From Candidatus Aenigmatarchaeota archaeon (GTDB lineage Archaea > EX4484-52), in NCBI GenBank assembly GCA_023137195.1, contig JAGLPV010000021.1:1-50822 (forward strand): DNA of 50,822 bases, given 5' to 3'. Both the position numbers and the translations under genes were made by a program. The notes below the pieces were generated by a model, which had not been told where the DNA came from, did not search any database, and saw nothing but the letters and a program-made list of their open reading frames with translations. This document shows, one piece after another, positions 38,392 through 48,222 of this stretch; positions within the stretch are counted from its first letter, which is position 1, and each line of letters opens with the position of its first letter.

Positions 38392-40377
38392 TTACTCAAA
38401 CAAAGTCCCTACATCCACAATCAATATCACCCTCCCGCTCCCAAGGATTGTAGCTCCTGAAAATCCATTTGTTTGCTTTAAAATATTCTCAAGAGGCTTT
38501 ATGATTATATGCTGCTCACCTATAACTTCATCAATAATCAACCCGATTTCTTCTCCCTTCCTCTCGACAACAAGCACAAAATGCATATCCTTTTCTTCAT
38601 CACCTTGATTCTCTTCAATGCAAAGCAGTTTTTTCAGCCAAAATAAAGGCAAATCAGAGTTCCTGTAAATGATTGTATCCTCATTCTGGATTTTTTTTAT
38701 ATCACTTTTCTTTATTGTGATTATATTATTGACAACATCCATTGGCACTGCATATTCGCGAGTTCCCGCACGGAAAAAAAGACTTTGTATAATCGCAAGC
38801 GACAAAGGCAGCCGGAGAGTCACTGTTGTTCCAATATCTTTTTCTGAATTTATTGTGTATGTACCTCTCAAACTGCGTATTGTGGACTGGACAACATCCA
38901 TCCCAACACCCCTACCCGAAACATCTGTTATTACCTCTGTTGTACTAAACCCGGGTAAAAATATCAGATTAAATGCCTCCTTCTCAGTCATCATGCCTGC
39001 TTCTTTCTCTGTTATGAGCCCTTTCTTTATCGCTGTCATTTTCAGCACTTCGGGATTCATTCCATTACCATCATCACTAATCTCTATGACACATGTATTT
39101 TTTTCTTTTTTTGCAACAAGCTTCACAACTCCGGTCGGCTTTTTGTTGTTCTTCTTCCTCTCCTCAGGAATCTCAACCCCATGATCCACTGCATTCCTCA
39201 ATAAATGAACCAAAGGATCTCCAATCTTATCCAACACAGTCCTGTCAAGCGTAATCTCCTCTCCCTCGACAATAAAATTAACTTCCTTGCTCTGCTTCTT
39301 TGCCAAATCTCTTACCATCCGTGGAAATTTATCAAAAATATGCTTTACCGGAACCATCCTTGCTTCAATCACTTCATCCTGTAATTTTATTATCATCTTG
39401 TCTATGTCTGAAATAATTCTGTCAAGTTCTGAAATATGATATCTCTTGCTTAACTCATCAAGCCCTATCTTTGCTATGACAAGCTCCCCTGCCAAATTCA
39501 TCAAAGAATCCAGCTTTGTTATACTTACCCGTATATTCTGCACTGTCTGGACAACATTCTTCTTTGATTCTCCTCCTGCGGGCGCAGAATCTTTCGAAAT
39601 TTCCTGCTTTTCTGCCGCTTTTTTATCGCTGTATTTTTCAATACTCACCTTCTTTATTTCCGCAACACCCATTATTCTTTTTTTAATTTTCCCTTGCTCC
39701 TCTTCTGAGATAATCAACAAATTAAATTCCTTGCCAAAATTACCTTCCTCCAGTAACTTTAAATCAGGATGACTTCCAACCACCTCGCAAACATTCTCAA
39801 GAGCATTGAACACCAGCTGGACACGAACCCCCGGAAACATACAGTCTTCCGTAAGAACAATCTTTGCCCGTAACACCTTATCTTTTGCACCTGCAATTTT
39901 TTTTCTTGCATTATCATCCAGATTAAACTCCACATCTCCTCCCTTATTTCCTGCTCCCTGTTCACCATCCGAATCTTTTTTTTCAACCTCAGACGAAGTC
40001 AGCATTTGTTTAAGTCTCTCTATAATGGCGGCATTCCCGGATGTATCTCCCTCTGAACCTGATGAAGCAACATCATCTACCATTGCCTCTACCTCATCTA
40101 TGCACTCAAAAACCAAATCAATCAAATCGCTATTCACTTTGACCTTATTGTTCCTGACTTCATCAAATACATTTTCAAGCTTGTGCATCATCTCTTTGAT
40201 GCTCATAAAACCCATTGTCGCCGAATTACCTTTTAATGTATGGGCCGCCCTGAATATTACATCTATTGCCTCTTTATCCAACTGATTTTTCTCAAGCACC
40301 AAAATAGAATTATTAAGATTTTCAATCTGCTCTTTTGCATCTGCAATAAATTCTTCTATATACTCCTCATTTGCCAT
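38392..40377 (-). CDS. cheA: chemotaxis histidine kinase CheA
   Basis: HPt IFRAAHTLKG; P2 domain; IRVSITKLDSLMNLAGELVI; PLVHLLRNAVDHG; DDGNG; GFST..DVSGRGVGMDVV; P5 CheW domain. Confidence 0.98.
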   Translation of the reverse strand: MANEEYIEEFIADAKEQIENLNNSILVLEKNQLDKEAIDVIFRAAHTLKGNSATMGFMSIKEMMHKLENVFDEVRNNKVKVNSDLIDLVFECIDEVEAMVDDVASSGSEGDTSGNAAIIERLKQMLTSSEVEKKDSDGEQGAGNKGGDVEFNLDDNARKKIAGAKDKVLRAKIVLTEDCMFPGVRVQLVFNALENVCEVVGSHPDLKLLEEGNFGKEFNLLIISEEEQGKIKKRIMGVAEIKKVSIEKYSDKKAAEKQEISKDSAPAGGESKKNVVQTVQNIRVSITKLDSLMNLAGELVIAKIGLDELSKRYHISELDRIISDIDKMIIKLQDEVIEARMVPVKHIFDKFPRMVRDLAKKQSKEVNFIVEGEEITLDRTVLDKIGDPLVHLLRNAVDHGVEIPEERKKNNKKPTGVVKLVAKKEKNTCVIEISDDGNGMNPEVLKMTAIKKGLITEKEAGMMTEKEAFNLIFLPGFSTTEVITDVSGRGVGMDVVQSTIRSLRGTYTINSEKDIGTTVTLRLPLSLAIIQSLFFRAGTREYAVPMDVVNNIITIKKSDIKKIQNEDTIIYRNSDLPLFWLKKLLCIEENQGDEEKDMHFVLVVERKGEEIGLIIDEVIGEQHIIIKPLENILKQTNGFSGATILGSGRVILIVDVGTLFE

Positions 40378-40392
40378 ATTATTCTATAATAC

Positions 40393-41001
40393 TCAAGCCA
40401 TTTTTTTGTTCAACTCTTTTATTATGCGATTCATCGCCTTTGGCGTTGTCATAAGTATGAATTCTCCTTTAAAATTTTCCTTATCTATGTGCAGTTTTGT
40501 ATTAGTAAGCAAAGCTGTATGCGCAACCATTGCATGCTGTGCTGCAACTGTATTCAAAAGAGAGGCCGCCATATCATAGCAAGAAGACGGAACACTAGGC
40601 AATATCTTCATCTCAAGAAAATCAGCCAGGGAATTTAGGTATGCCGCGCAAATTATATTCCCTACCTCTTTCAAAGTAGAATCTCCCATCTCATCAACAT
40701 CTTTCTTCTCTTCTCCCAATAGCAAAGAAATAAGACGAAGAGCAGTATTTTTTTCAAACATCAAAAGCATTGTGCCGTCAATATCCCCATTAATCTCAAG
40801 AAGTACACCATATACCTGCTCTTCCGGGCGCTCAAGAGTCTCGGCAATTTTTTCTATCGCAACAAAACTCACATCAGGGACCTTTATATCTATCCTCTTA
40901 TTCACCATATCAGATAATGCTGTCGCAGCATTTCCTGCTCCAATATTTGCAATTTCTTTAATCGCATCATGTTCCAGTTCACTTAACATCTTCTTAATCA
41001 T
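40393..41001 (-). CDS. cheC: CheY-P phosphatase CheC
   Basis: DAIKEIANIGAGNAATALS and STLKEVGNII: both E-x-x-N sites intact. Confidence 0.94.
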   Translation of the reverse strand: MIKKMLSELEHDAIKEIANIGAGNAATALSDMVNKRIDIKVPDVSFVAIEKIAETLERPEEQVYGVLLEINGDIDGTMLLMFEKNTALRLISLLLGEEKKDVDEMGDSTLKEVGNIICAAYLNSLADFLEMKILPSVPSSCYDMAASLLNTVAAQHAMVAHTALLTNTKLHIDKENFKGEFILMTTPKAMNRIIKELNKKMA

Positions 41002-41588
41002 TACATCATCTCCTTTACCTTGTCTGTTATTTTCTGTAAAACCATATCAGCACCATCATTGCAGAAATATAAAAATATATGTCCTGTCTTGTCATCCTTC
41101 CCCTTCCAGCAGAATCTTGTATCTATTAAAAATACCTTTCCTTCCTTTGCAACCTCTTTCTCTCCTTCGGAAATGAACACATCCTTTAGAATGTCCACCC
41201 CTAATTTTGAATACTGCTTGCTGAATTCAAATGAATCTTCTATTGAAAGATAATCCTTGCATGAAACAGCATAGCTTGTGCTCATGGCAGTCAGTGATTT
41301 TTTGTCCTTTGATCTCATCTTTACGACAACCATATTATCTGTATCTCTTGGAAACATGACTAAAAGACCGCCTTTGCTTTCTTTCATCTTAAAGTCAAGA
41401 GAATACCTGTTTTTGTCAAGATAATCAAACAAACTACTAAATTTTTCTTCTGTAAAAATATAAGTCCTCGTTACATCAATCACTATTTCTGCACCCGTAT
41501 TCTGGGATATCGCCATTCCAATCCTTCCCGAACCAATATTCCCTATTTCTTTTGCCATTTCATTTTCCATCTCATCGAGCTGTTCCAT
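41001..41588 (-). CDS. divergent CheC-like protein
   Basis: N-terminal EMAKEIGNIGSGRIGMAIS; second site not recognisable; C-terminal DTRF..GHIFLY strand pattern as in CheC. Confidence 0.65.
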   Translation of the reverse strand: MEQLDEMENEMAKEIGNIGSGRIGMAISQNTGAEIVIDVTRTYIFTEEKFSSLFDYLDKNRYSLDFKMKESKGGLLVMFPRDTDNMVVVKMRSKDKKSLTAMSTSYAVSCKDYLSIEDSFEFSKQYSKLGVDILKDVFISEGEKEVAKEGKVFLIDTRFCWKGKDDKTGHIFLYFCNDGADMVLQKITDKVKEMM

Positions 41589-41701
41589 AGTTCATCTTCA
41601 ATCATATATTTAATATATTTATTAAATAATATAGAAAATATATAAATCTATCCACTGTTTTTTTTGATACTCTCACAAAAAAATTCATCAAAAACCAACA
41701 A

Positions 41702-42577
41702 TTACATCCTCAACTTTTTCAGGAAGGCAATTCTCTTTTCCATGTTAGGATGCGTGGAAAACAACTCAACCACTCCTTTTGTATCTATATACATAGAAGA
41801 CATTGAAGGATTCATGTATTTTTTAGCATCAGGCATACTCACACTATTGTGTATTTTTTCCAGTGCACTAATAAGATGCTGTGGTGTATGCATTGCCTTT
41901 GCACTAAACTGATCTGCCCCATATTCCCTTAACCGACTCAAATACAGCACAGGAATATTAAACACAAAATATACTATCTGAGAAACAAAATTTGCAAGCA
42001 TCCACTTCATAATCCCTGCCCCAAATGAATTGTTATCGTCATCTCCGCTACTCAAAACCAGCGCAAACGCAATGTAACTGACAACCATCGGAAGCAATGA
42101 CGCAATAGTAATCACTGTCATATCCCTGTTCTTTATATGCCCTAGTTCATGATTGATTATCGCCGTCAATTCATCATCGCTCAACTTCCCGTCAATATTT
42201 TTCTGCATCATGCCTTTGGTAAGCACAACGCGGGCAGTACTTTGACCCCTTCCATAAGTATATGCATTCATGACCGGGCTTGGATCTACCCCGACCCGAA
42301 CAGGAGGAAGCCCTGCTTTCTTTGCCTCATCATTCACCTTCCTATAGAGAGAATCACTTTCCTGCGCAAAAACAATATGATTAAAATGGTCAAGCATCCA
42401 CGGAGATACAAAATACTGCACCGCCACAAGAACCACGCCGATAATTGCATAGAACCATATGCCCATGGAAGACTGGAAATAAAACATCCCCACAAGACTT
42501 ATGATTGCATAGAACAAGAGGAATATAAATCCAATCGTAATGTAATTAGTATATTTTAATCTGGCTGACGTAATCAT
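41702..42577 (-). CDS. htpX: M48 zinc metalloprotease HtpX
   Basis: NAYTYG, DELTAIINHELGHIKNRD, SRLREYGAD, LFSTHPNMEKRI. Confidence 0.93.
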   Translation of the reverse strand: MITSARLKYTNYITIGFIFLLFYAIISLVGMFYFQSSMGIWFYAIIGVVLVAVQYFVSPWMLDHFNHIVFAQESDSLYRKVNDEAKKAGLPPVRVGVDPSPVMNAYTYGRGQSTARVVLTKGMMQKNIDGKLSDDELTAIINHELGHIKNRDMTVITIASLLPMVVSYIAFALVLSSGDDDNNSFGAGIMKWMLANFVSQIVYFVFNIPVLYLSRLREYGADQFSAKAMHTPQHLISALEKIHNSVSMPDAKKYMNPSMSSMYIDTKGVVELFSTHPNMEKRIAFLKKLRM

Positions 42578-42662
42578 AAAACAATATAGATTAAATGTTT
42601 AAAAAAGTAACTGATTTAAATATTATTTTACCATAACCCAAATGAAAGGCTTCTTTCTTCAA

Positions 42663-43718
42663 CTATAAAGAATACTCCCATATTCTTTTCTCCTTAGGCG
42701 TCCTTATATCAGAAACTTCTCCCGCAATATCTTTCAAAAACAATTCTTTTATTTCTTTCATAGAATAATCAGGATAATTCCCAAGAATCCACATCAACTT
42801 AGTCATCTCAGTCTCACTGACCATATCATGCCCGGGAATTGCCCCAACATCCAGCGCTTTCTTTCCGCATTCATAAAGATACATCCATGAAAAACCAATA
42901 GCGCACTGTGAAGACACAATAATAGGAACTCCCTTTTTTATTGCCTTTTTAATTTCAGGTATCAGTGAATTCTCATCTATTGGAACATTCCCTGCCCCAT
43001 ATCCTTCAAGAATTATTCCTTTATAACCAAGATCTATTAACCCGGAAATTATTTTCGGATTGAACCCCGGCGTTATTTTCTGGATGCATACGGCTTCCTC
43101 TAATTTATCAAAAAATTTTAGTTCTGCATTATTATTGTCATTCTGGTAATGCTCCCCTGTATGCCTAATGTCATGCTCAATCACACCCAAAGGCAGCATT
43201 CCGACACTCTCGAATGCCTCAAATTCAAGTTCACGGAATTTTTTAGTCCTATTCCCTCTCAAAATTTTACTATTGAATACTATCATCACTTCATGCATAT
43301 CTGTTTCTGTAGCAACGCGCATCGCATCAAGAACATTTCTCTTTGCATCAGAACCCAGTTTATGAGGCGGTACCTGCGAACCTGTTAAAACGACAGGCTT
43401 AGATAAATCCTGCAATAAAAAAGACAATGCCGATGCACTGTAATGCATAGTATCTGTCCCGTGAGTTATTACAAAACCATCATAATCAGAATAATTATCC
43501 TTTATTTCCTTTGCAATTTCAAGCCAATATTTGGGTTGCATATTGGAGGAATCAATATTAAATAAATCAATAGTTCTAATATCCGCAATTTCTTTTATTT
43601 CAGGAATAAAAGTCAGCAGTTCTTTCTCATTGAATTCTCCCGGTCTCCAACTGCCATTGACCATCTTGGCAGTAATTGTTCCACCTGTCCCAATAAGCAA
43701 AACTTTCTTTTTAGTCAT
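42663..43718 (-). CDS. ansA: type I L-asparaginase
   Basis: IGTGGTI, NIDSSNM, THGTDTM, LTGSQ, EGYGAGN, SQC; lacks the GatD N-domain. ATG at 43718. Confidence 0.9.
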   Translation of the reverse strand: MTKKKVLLIGTGGTITAKMVNGSWRPGEFNEKELLTFIPEIKEIADIRTIDLFNIDSSNMQPKYWLEIAKEIKDNYSDYDGFVITHGTDTMHYSASALSFLLQDLSKPVVLTGSQVPPHKLGSDAKRNVLDAMRVATETDMHEVMIVFNSKILRGNRTKKFRELEFEAFESVGMLPLGVIEHDIRHTGEHYQNDNNNAELKFFDKLEEAVCIQKITPGFNPKIISGLIDLGYKGIILEGYGAGNVPIDENSLIPEIKKAIKKGVPIIVSSQCAIGFSWMYLYECGKKALDVGAIPGHDMVSETEMTKLMWILGNYPDYSMKEIKELFLKDIAGEVSDIRTPKEKRIWEYSL

Positions 43719-43793
43719 ACACTTGAATGGAATCATAGTATTATAAATCTTGTATCCTCCTCAAACAATCTCATCGTCCGTTGAATGCATCAA

Positions 43794-44666
43794 TCATGCA
43801 ATTATCAGATAAGCCCCGAAAAACATTATGACACAGCACAAAACCCTTTTTAGCAAATGCTTTTCATGAAACAATCCTCCTCCAATTATCGTTGAAAAAA
43901 TTGTGCTTGTCCTCTTTATCGGGATTACCAAACTGACATAAGCCATTGATACCGCCTGCGCCTGGAAATACCTGTAAGTGCACGTAAGAAGGCTTACAAG
44001 AAGTATCCATTTCCCTGCATTTCTTATCCCATTCTTTATCCCGGCAAATCCATTATGAAACAAATGTATAAGAATAATAAAATTCACCGCAATAAAAAAA
44101 TGCACAAATACAAGATATGTAATTGGAGTAATCCGACCAAGTATTATCTTATCGCAAAGAGAGGAAAAACCATACAAAAAAAGAGCAATAAAAATATAAT
44201 GAATATATTTCGAGTGAATCATCTTTTTTACCGGACCCAGCAAAGTAGGGTGTTTTGTGCTTATCTCAAGCAAATACGAACCAAAAATTATAATCCCGAC
44301 CCCAACCAACTGCTGTAAAGTCAAAACCTCTCCAAGAAAAATCCATGCAAGAAGCATAAGAAAAGCAGGTCCGAAATTAAGCAGAGGAGACACCACAGAT
44401 ATCTCCATATGCCTCACTCCCTTTGCCACATAGAAAAAAGCAAGACCTCCTAAAACAGAAGTAGTATAAATAAAACCCATGGTATAGGGCTCTTTTAATA
44501 CGCTAAAGTCTACATAAGACAAAAAAGGAATGACAAAAATAAAGTTGAATATTGAAAAAACCGTTGAAAATTCCATTGAATGTTCCTTCATCAACGTCTT
44601 CTTCTCCACCACAGCAGATATACTGCCCACTATTGCACATGCAAATGCGAACACATACCACTCCAT
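43794..44666 (-). CDS. EamA/DMT family transporter
   Basis: Ten hydrophobic segments; EISVVSPL, FLGEVL, VSLVIPIKR..FHEK. Confidence 0.88.
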   Translation of the reverse strand: MEWYVFAFACAIVGSISAVVEKKTLMKEHSMEFSTVFSIFNFIFVIPFLSYVDFSVLKEPYTMGFIYTTSVLGGLAFFYVAKGVRHMEISVVSPLLNFGPAFLMLLAWIFLGEVLTLQQLVGVGIIIFGSYLLEISTKHPTLLGPVKKMIHSKYIHYIFIALFLYGFSSLCDKIILGRITPITYLVFVHFFIAVNFIILIHLFHNGFAGIKNGIRNAGKWILLVSLLTCTYRYFQAQAVSMAYVSLVIPIKRTSTIFSTIIGGGLFHEKHLLKRVLCCVIMFFGAYLIIA

Positions 44667-44668
44667 AA

Positions 44669-45031
44669 TTATTCCTTATTAAGCATCATTATTGTCTCTG
44701 CAATATCTCCTGTCTCCTCAAGAACTTTCTCTACCTTATCTCTTGTCTTGCCGGTCTGCTCCATTATCATCTTTATATCCTCATCACTAAAAGCTTCCTT
44801 CTCCTCTTCACCGGACTCCAACTCCAACTGGGAATTATCCACTTCAGTTTCAGTCCCCGTTATCTGGAAACTTGTCTGTCCCTGCACTGTTATTTTCTGA
44901 ACATTGGGATTTTCAATAATTATCGTCTTATCCGGGCATATTATCCTGACCTCTGTCGCATCAAGCTCTTTTGTATTCATTCCCATCTGTTGCATCATCT
45001 TCTGCATCTGTTTTGGATTTACATTAAACAT
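44669..45031 (-). CDS. nac: nascent polypeptide-associated complex protein
   Basis: NPKQMQKMMQQMG, GQTSFQITG, UBA domain EDIKMIMEQTG..GDIAETIMML. Confidence 0.93.
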   Translation of the reverse strand: MFNVNPKQMQKMMQQMGMNTKELDATEVRIICPDKTIIIENPNVQKITVQGQTSFQITGTETEVDNSQLELESGEEEKEAFSDEDIKMIMEQTGKTRDKVEKVLEETGDIAETIMMLNKE

Positions 45032-45165
45032 GTTTTCTCACCATCAATAATATTAGTTATAACTAAATTATAAAAATGTATGAATTTAATCAAAAGCAAA
45101 TCCTTTTAAAAATAATAGGTATATTTAATTTAACCTAAATTTAATTTTACTTGGTGGGTGATGAA

Positions 45166-45432
45166 ATGGTAGAAGAAAAAGAAATACACGAACTGATGAA
45201 TAAAGATATATTTACTGACAGGGGCTCTTTTTGCGGTCATATTGTTGACGCAGAACTGGATTTTGCAAAATACAAAATGAAATCCATAATTGTTGACGCA
45301 GCAAAAGGTTCTTATCTGGCAGAAATAGTCGGCGGGAAAAGAGGAGTAATTATTCCATGGGAAATGGTGAAGGCAGTAGATGATGTTGTTATTGTAAAAC
45401 ATATTACCACTCCTTCAATAGGTGAAGAATAA
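45166..45432 (+). CDS. PRC-barrel protein (CdpB-like)
   Basis: KDIFTDRGSFCGHIVD, GVIIPWEMVKAVDDVVIV; GGTGA SD before ATG 45166. Confidence 0.82.
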   Translation: MVEEKEIHELMNKDIFTDRGSFCGHIVDAELDFAKYKMKSIIVDAAKGSYLAEIVGGKRGVIIPWEMVKAVDDVVIVKHITTPSIGEE

Positions 45433-45448
45433 AACAAAAGTGAAATCA

Positions 45449-46348
45449 ATGACAGCCATAGACAATTTATTAAATAAAGCAATAAAATACAATAAATACG
45501 GTCAGATAATATGTATTTTACTTATTGTATTCTCCATATTTATCTTATTCTCTCAATACCAAAAAACAGGAGACTTTATCACAAAAGGAATGGACTTCAC
45601 AGGCGGAAGCGAAACAGAAGTATTCCTCGACAAAAGCATAATAATTAGCTCGGATGTAATTTTAAACCTGAAAAATCAATTTTCTTCAATCAGCGAAAAT
45701 AAAGAAGCAGAAGTAAGATTCTCAACTTCTGTATCCCAAAACAGCATTATTATTATCACAAAAAACCCAATTGAACAAAGCAAAATAATATCTACACTAA
45801 AAGAAAACAGCATTGATGTTTCAAAAAATGATATTCAGCAAAACTATGTAAGTTCCGGGTTGAGTGGCAATTTTCTAAAGCAGGCACAAAAAGCATTGAT
45901 TTTTGCATTACTGGCGATGGCAATCGTTATTTTCATAACATTTAGAGCATTTGCCCCTAGTCTTGGCATAATAATTGCCGCAATATGTGATATTCTATTC
46001 ACTGTCGCAATAATGAATCTTTTAGGGCTTAAATTGACCCTGGCAAGCCTTACCGGATTACTGATGTTACTTGGTTATTCTGTAGATACAGATGTATTGC
46101 TTTCAACAAGATTATTAAAAAGAAGATATGAAGGGACTGTAGACGCCCAGATACTGGATTCCATGAAAACAGGAATCACAATGACCCTCACAACAATCGT
46201 CTCTCTTCTTGTACTGTATGCCTTTGCAGGAGGAACAAAAATAGGAGAAATCGCCATAGTAATAATAATCGGACTGTTCGCAGACCTTCCATTCACATGG
46301 TTCCAGAATGTCGGAATACTAAAAAGACATTTAAAAAACAAAAAATAA
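45449..46348 (+). CDS. secF: protein translocase subunit SecF
   Basis: GMDFTGG, FITFR, LMLLGYSVDTDVLL, GLFADL. Start at 45449 or 45422. Confidence 0.92.
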   Translation: MTAIDNLLNKAIKYNKYGQIICILLIVFSIFILFSQYQKTGDFITKGMDFTGGSETEVFLDKSIIISSDVILNLKNQFSSISENKEAEVRFSTSVSQNSIIIITKNPIEQSKIISTLKENSIDVSKNDIQQNYVSSGLSGNFLKQAQKALIFALLAMAIVIFITFRAFAPSLGIIIAAICDILFTVAIMNLLGLKLTLASLTGLLMLLGYSVDTDVLLSTRLLKRRYEGTVDAQILDSMKTGITMTLTTIVSLLVLYAFAGGTKIGEIAIVIIIGLFADLPFTWFQNVGILKRHLKNKK

Positions 46349-46354
46349 TTGATT

Positions 46355-47887
46355 ATGAAAAAAATAAATTACAATGAATTGTTCAAAGAGCCCATGCTCA
46401 TACTACTATTTTCTCTATTAGTACTCTCCATAGTATTCATCCGCCCTATACCAGTAATGGGAGAAGACGGACTATACACAATACAGACCAATCTCAAAAA
46501 AGGACTGGATTTGGAAGGTGGAGTAAAAGCATTAATCCAGCCGACACTTGAAGGAGATGACATCCTCGAAAAATGCCGGGCAATATTAAGTTCAAGAATC
46601 AATGCATATGGATTAAAGGAAATGACTGTGCGCATTATTGATATAGAAGGAACAGGATATATCCAGTTGGAAATCGCAGATGCAACAGAAGAAGACTTAA
46701 GAGATATTATTTCAAAACAGGGAAAATTCGAGGCAAAAATAAAAAAGCCGGTCAGGATAATAAATAATACAGGACAATTAAAACTAGATGGAAAAGCATA
46801 CAACGTCAGCTTCATCGACATGACAAAAGTCATTGCAGATGGACAGGAAATGATTGTTACCCAAAACAACCTGACTGAAAACCAAACCTATGTTGAAGGA
46901 GAAGATGAATTAAGTTGGCCTCTTTATTCATCCAACACAATCCTTATTGATGGCGTGACTCTCGAAGTCTGTAATATAAGCAATGATGAAATTATATTCT
47001 ATACTATAGCATACCGCGGAGAAGATGTAATCTCTACTTCAAAAGATGCCATGGGGTCGCAAATATCCGGCTCAAAAGACCATTGGACATACTCTTTTTC
47101 CATAACCACGAAAAAACAATCAGCAGAGACATTTGCAAAAATAACAAAAGATATAGGAAACACCATAACAGAAACCGGCAACAATTATCTCAATTCCAAG
47201 ATTGATTTATTCTTGGATGACGAACCAGTAAGTTCTCTCTACATATCTACATCCTTAAGAGGAAGAAAAGAAGCAACAACAACAACTATTTCCGGTCCGG
47301 GAAACTCTAAGGAAGATGCCCTGAGCCGCATGAAAACAATGCAGGCAATATTGGATTCCGGTGCCCTTCCATCACCTATAGAAATAGTATCTTCCAGTAA
47401 CATATCCCCCACATTAGGAAAACAATTCCTGCACAAATCCGTACTTGCAATCCTCCTTGCAATATTTGCCGTCAGCATAATAATATACCTGAGATACAAA
47501 AAAGCATCAATAATCATTCCTGTAATATTTACAAGCGTTTCAGAATTAGTCTTAATATTCGGCTTCGCCGCAATGATAAAATGGACAATAGACCTGGCAG
47601 CAATTGCAGGAATTATGGCTGTTATTGGTTCGGGCATTGATGCCCAAATTGTTCTGACTGACGAAAGCACAAAAAAAGAAAAACTAAGTATGAAAATAAA
47701 AATGAAAAATGCATTTTTCATAATCATGACTGCTGCAGCAACAACAATCGCCGCAATGTTCCCTTTACTCACCATTGCCGGTGGAGTAATAAGAGGCTTT
47801 GCAATCACAACAATAGCTGGGGTTGTCATAGGTGTATTGATTACAAGACCGGTTTATTCAAAAATACTGGAATACATAAGAGACTAA
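46355..47887 (+). CDS. secD: protein translocase subunit SecD
   Basis: KGLDLEGG, RINAYGL, GALP, ISPTLG, IDLAAIAG..IGSGIDAQIV, GFAITTIAGV. Confidence 0.92.
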   Translation: MKKINYNELFKEPMLILLFSLLVLSIVFIRPIPVMGEDGLYTIQTNLKKGLDLEGGVKALIQPTLEGDDILEKCRAILSSRINAYGLKEMTVRIIDIEGTGYIQLEIADATEEDLRDIISKQGKFEAKIKKPVRIINNTGQLKLDGKAYNVSFIDMTKVIADGQEMIVTQNNLTENQTYVEGEDELSWPLYSSNTILIDGVTLEVCNISNDEIIFYTIAYRGEDVISTSKDAMGSQISGSKDHWTYSFSITTKKQSAETFAKITKDIGNTITETGNNYLNSKIDLFLDDEPVSSLYISTSLRGRKEATTTTISGPGNSKEDALSRMKTMQAILDSGALPSPIEIVSSSNISPTLGKQFLHKSVLAILLAIFAVSIIIYLRYKKASIIIPVIFTSVSELVLIFGFAAMIKWTIDLAAIAGIMAVIGSGIDAQIVLTDESTKKEKLSMKIKMKNAFFIIMTAAATTIAAMFPLLTIAGGVIRGFAITTIAGVVIGVLITRPVYSKILEYIRD

Positions 47888-47973
47888 ATCTTATGTGTGA
47901 TGCAAACATTTATAATAGTTATGGCATTAATCAAATGTTGTCAATGCACATTAAAAGAAATAGATATCAAAAT

Positions 47974-48097
47974 GGGTTCATAGCTCAGTCTGGTTAGAGC
48001 ACCGGGCTCTTAAACAGGGTGAAGCTTTTAAGCAGATGAAGCGGGAATCTGTATAGATACCCGGGTGTCGGGGGTTCAAATCCCCTTGGACTCGCCA
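47974..48097 (+). tRNA. tRNA-Lys(CTT) with a 46-nt canonical-position intron (48013-48058) and encoded CCA
   Basis: Acceptor GGGTTCA/TGGACTC, D arm GCTC/GAGC, anticodon stem CCGGG/CCCGG with CT-CTT-A|A loop, T arm GGGGG-TTCAAAT-CCCCT, discriminator G, CCA. Confidence 0.92.
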
Positions 48098-48222
48098 TTT
48101 AGGATAAAAACCTCTTGCGAAGGGGACCTAAAGACAAACAAATAAGTCGTAAACAAAAGGGCATTAGACCCTAATAAAAAAACAGAAGATAAAAATAAAG
48201 GAGAATATATAGTGTAATTATT

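Noticed and set aside
42663-43718. Second gatD copy
   Set aside because: Lacks the GatD N-terminal domain and GatD-specific motifs; it is an AnsA-type asparaginase.
48013-48058. Box C/D guide RNA in the tRNA intron (tgaagc occurs twice)
   Set aside because: No RTGATGA/CTGA box pair, and the intron is too short.
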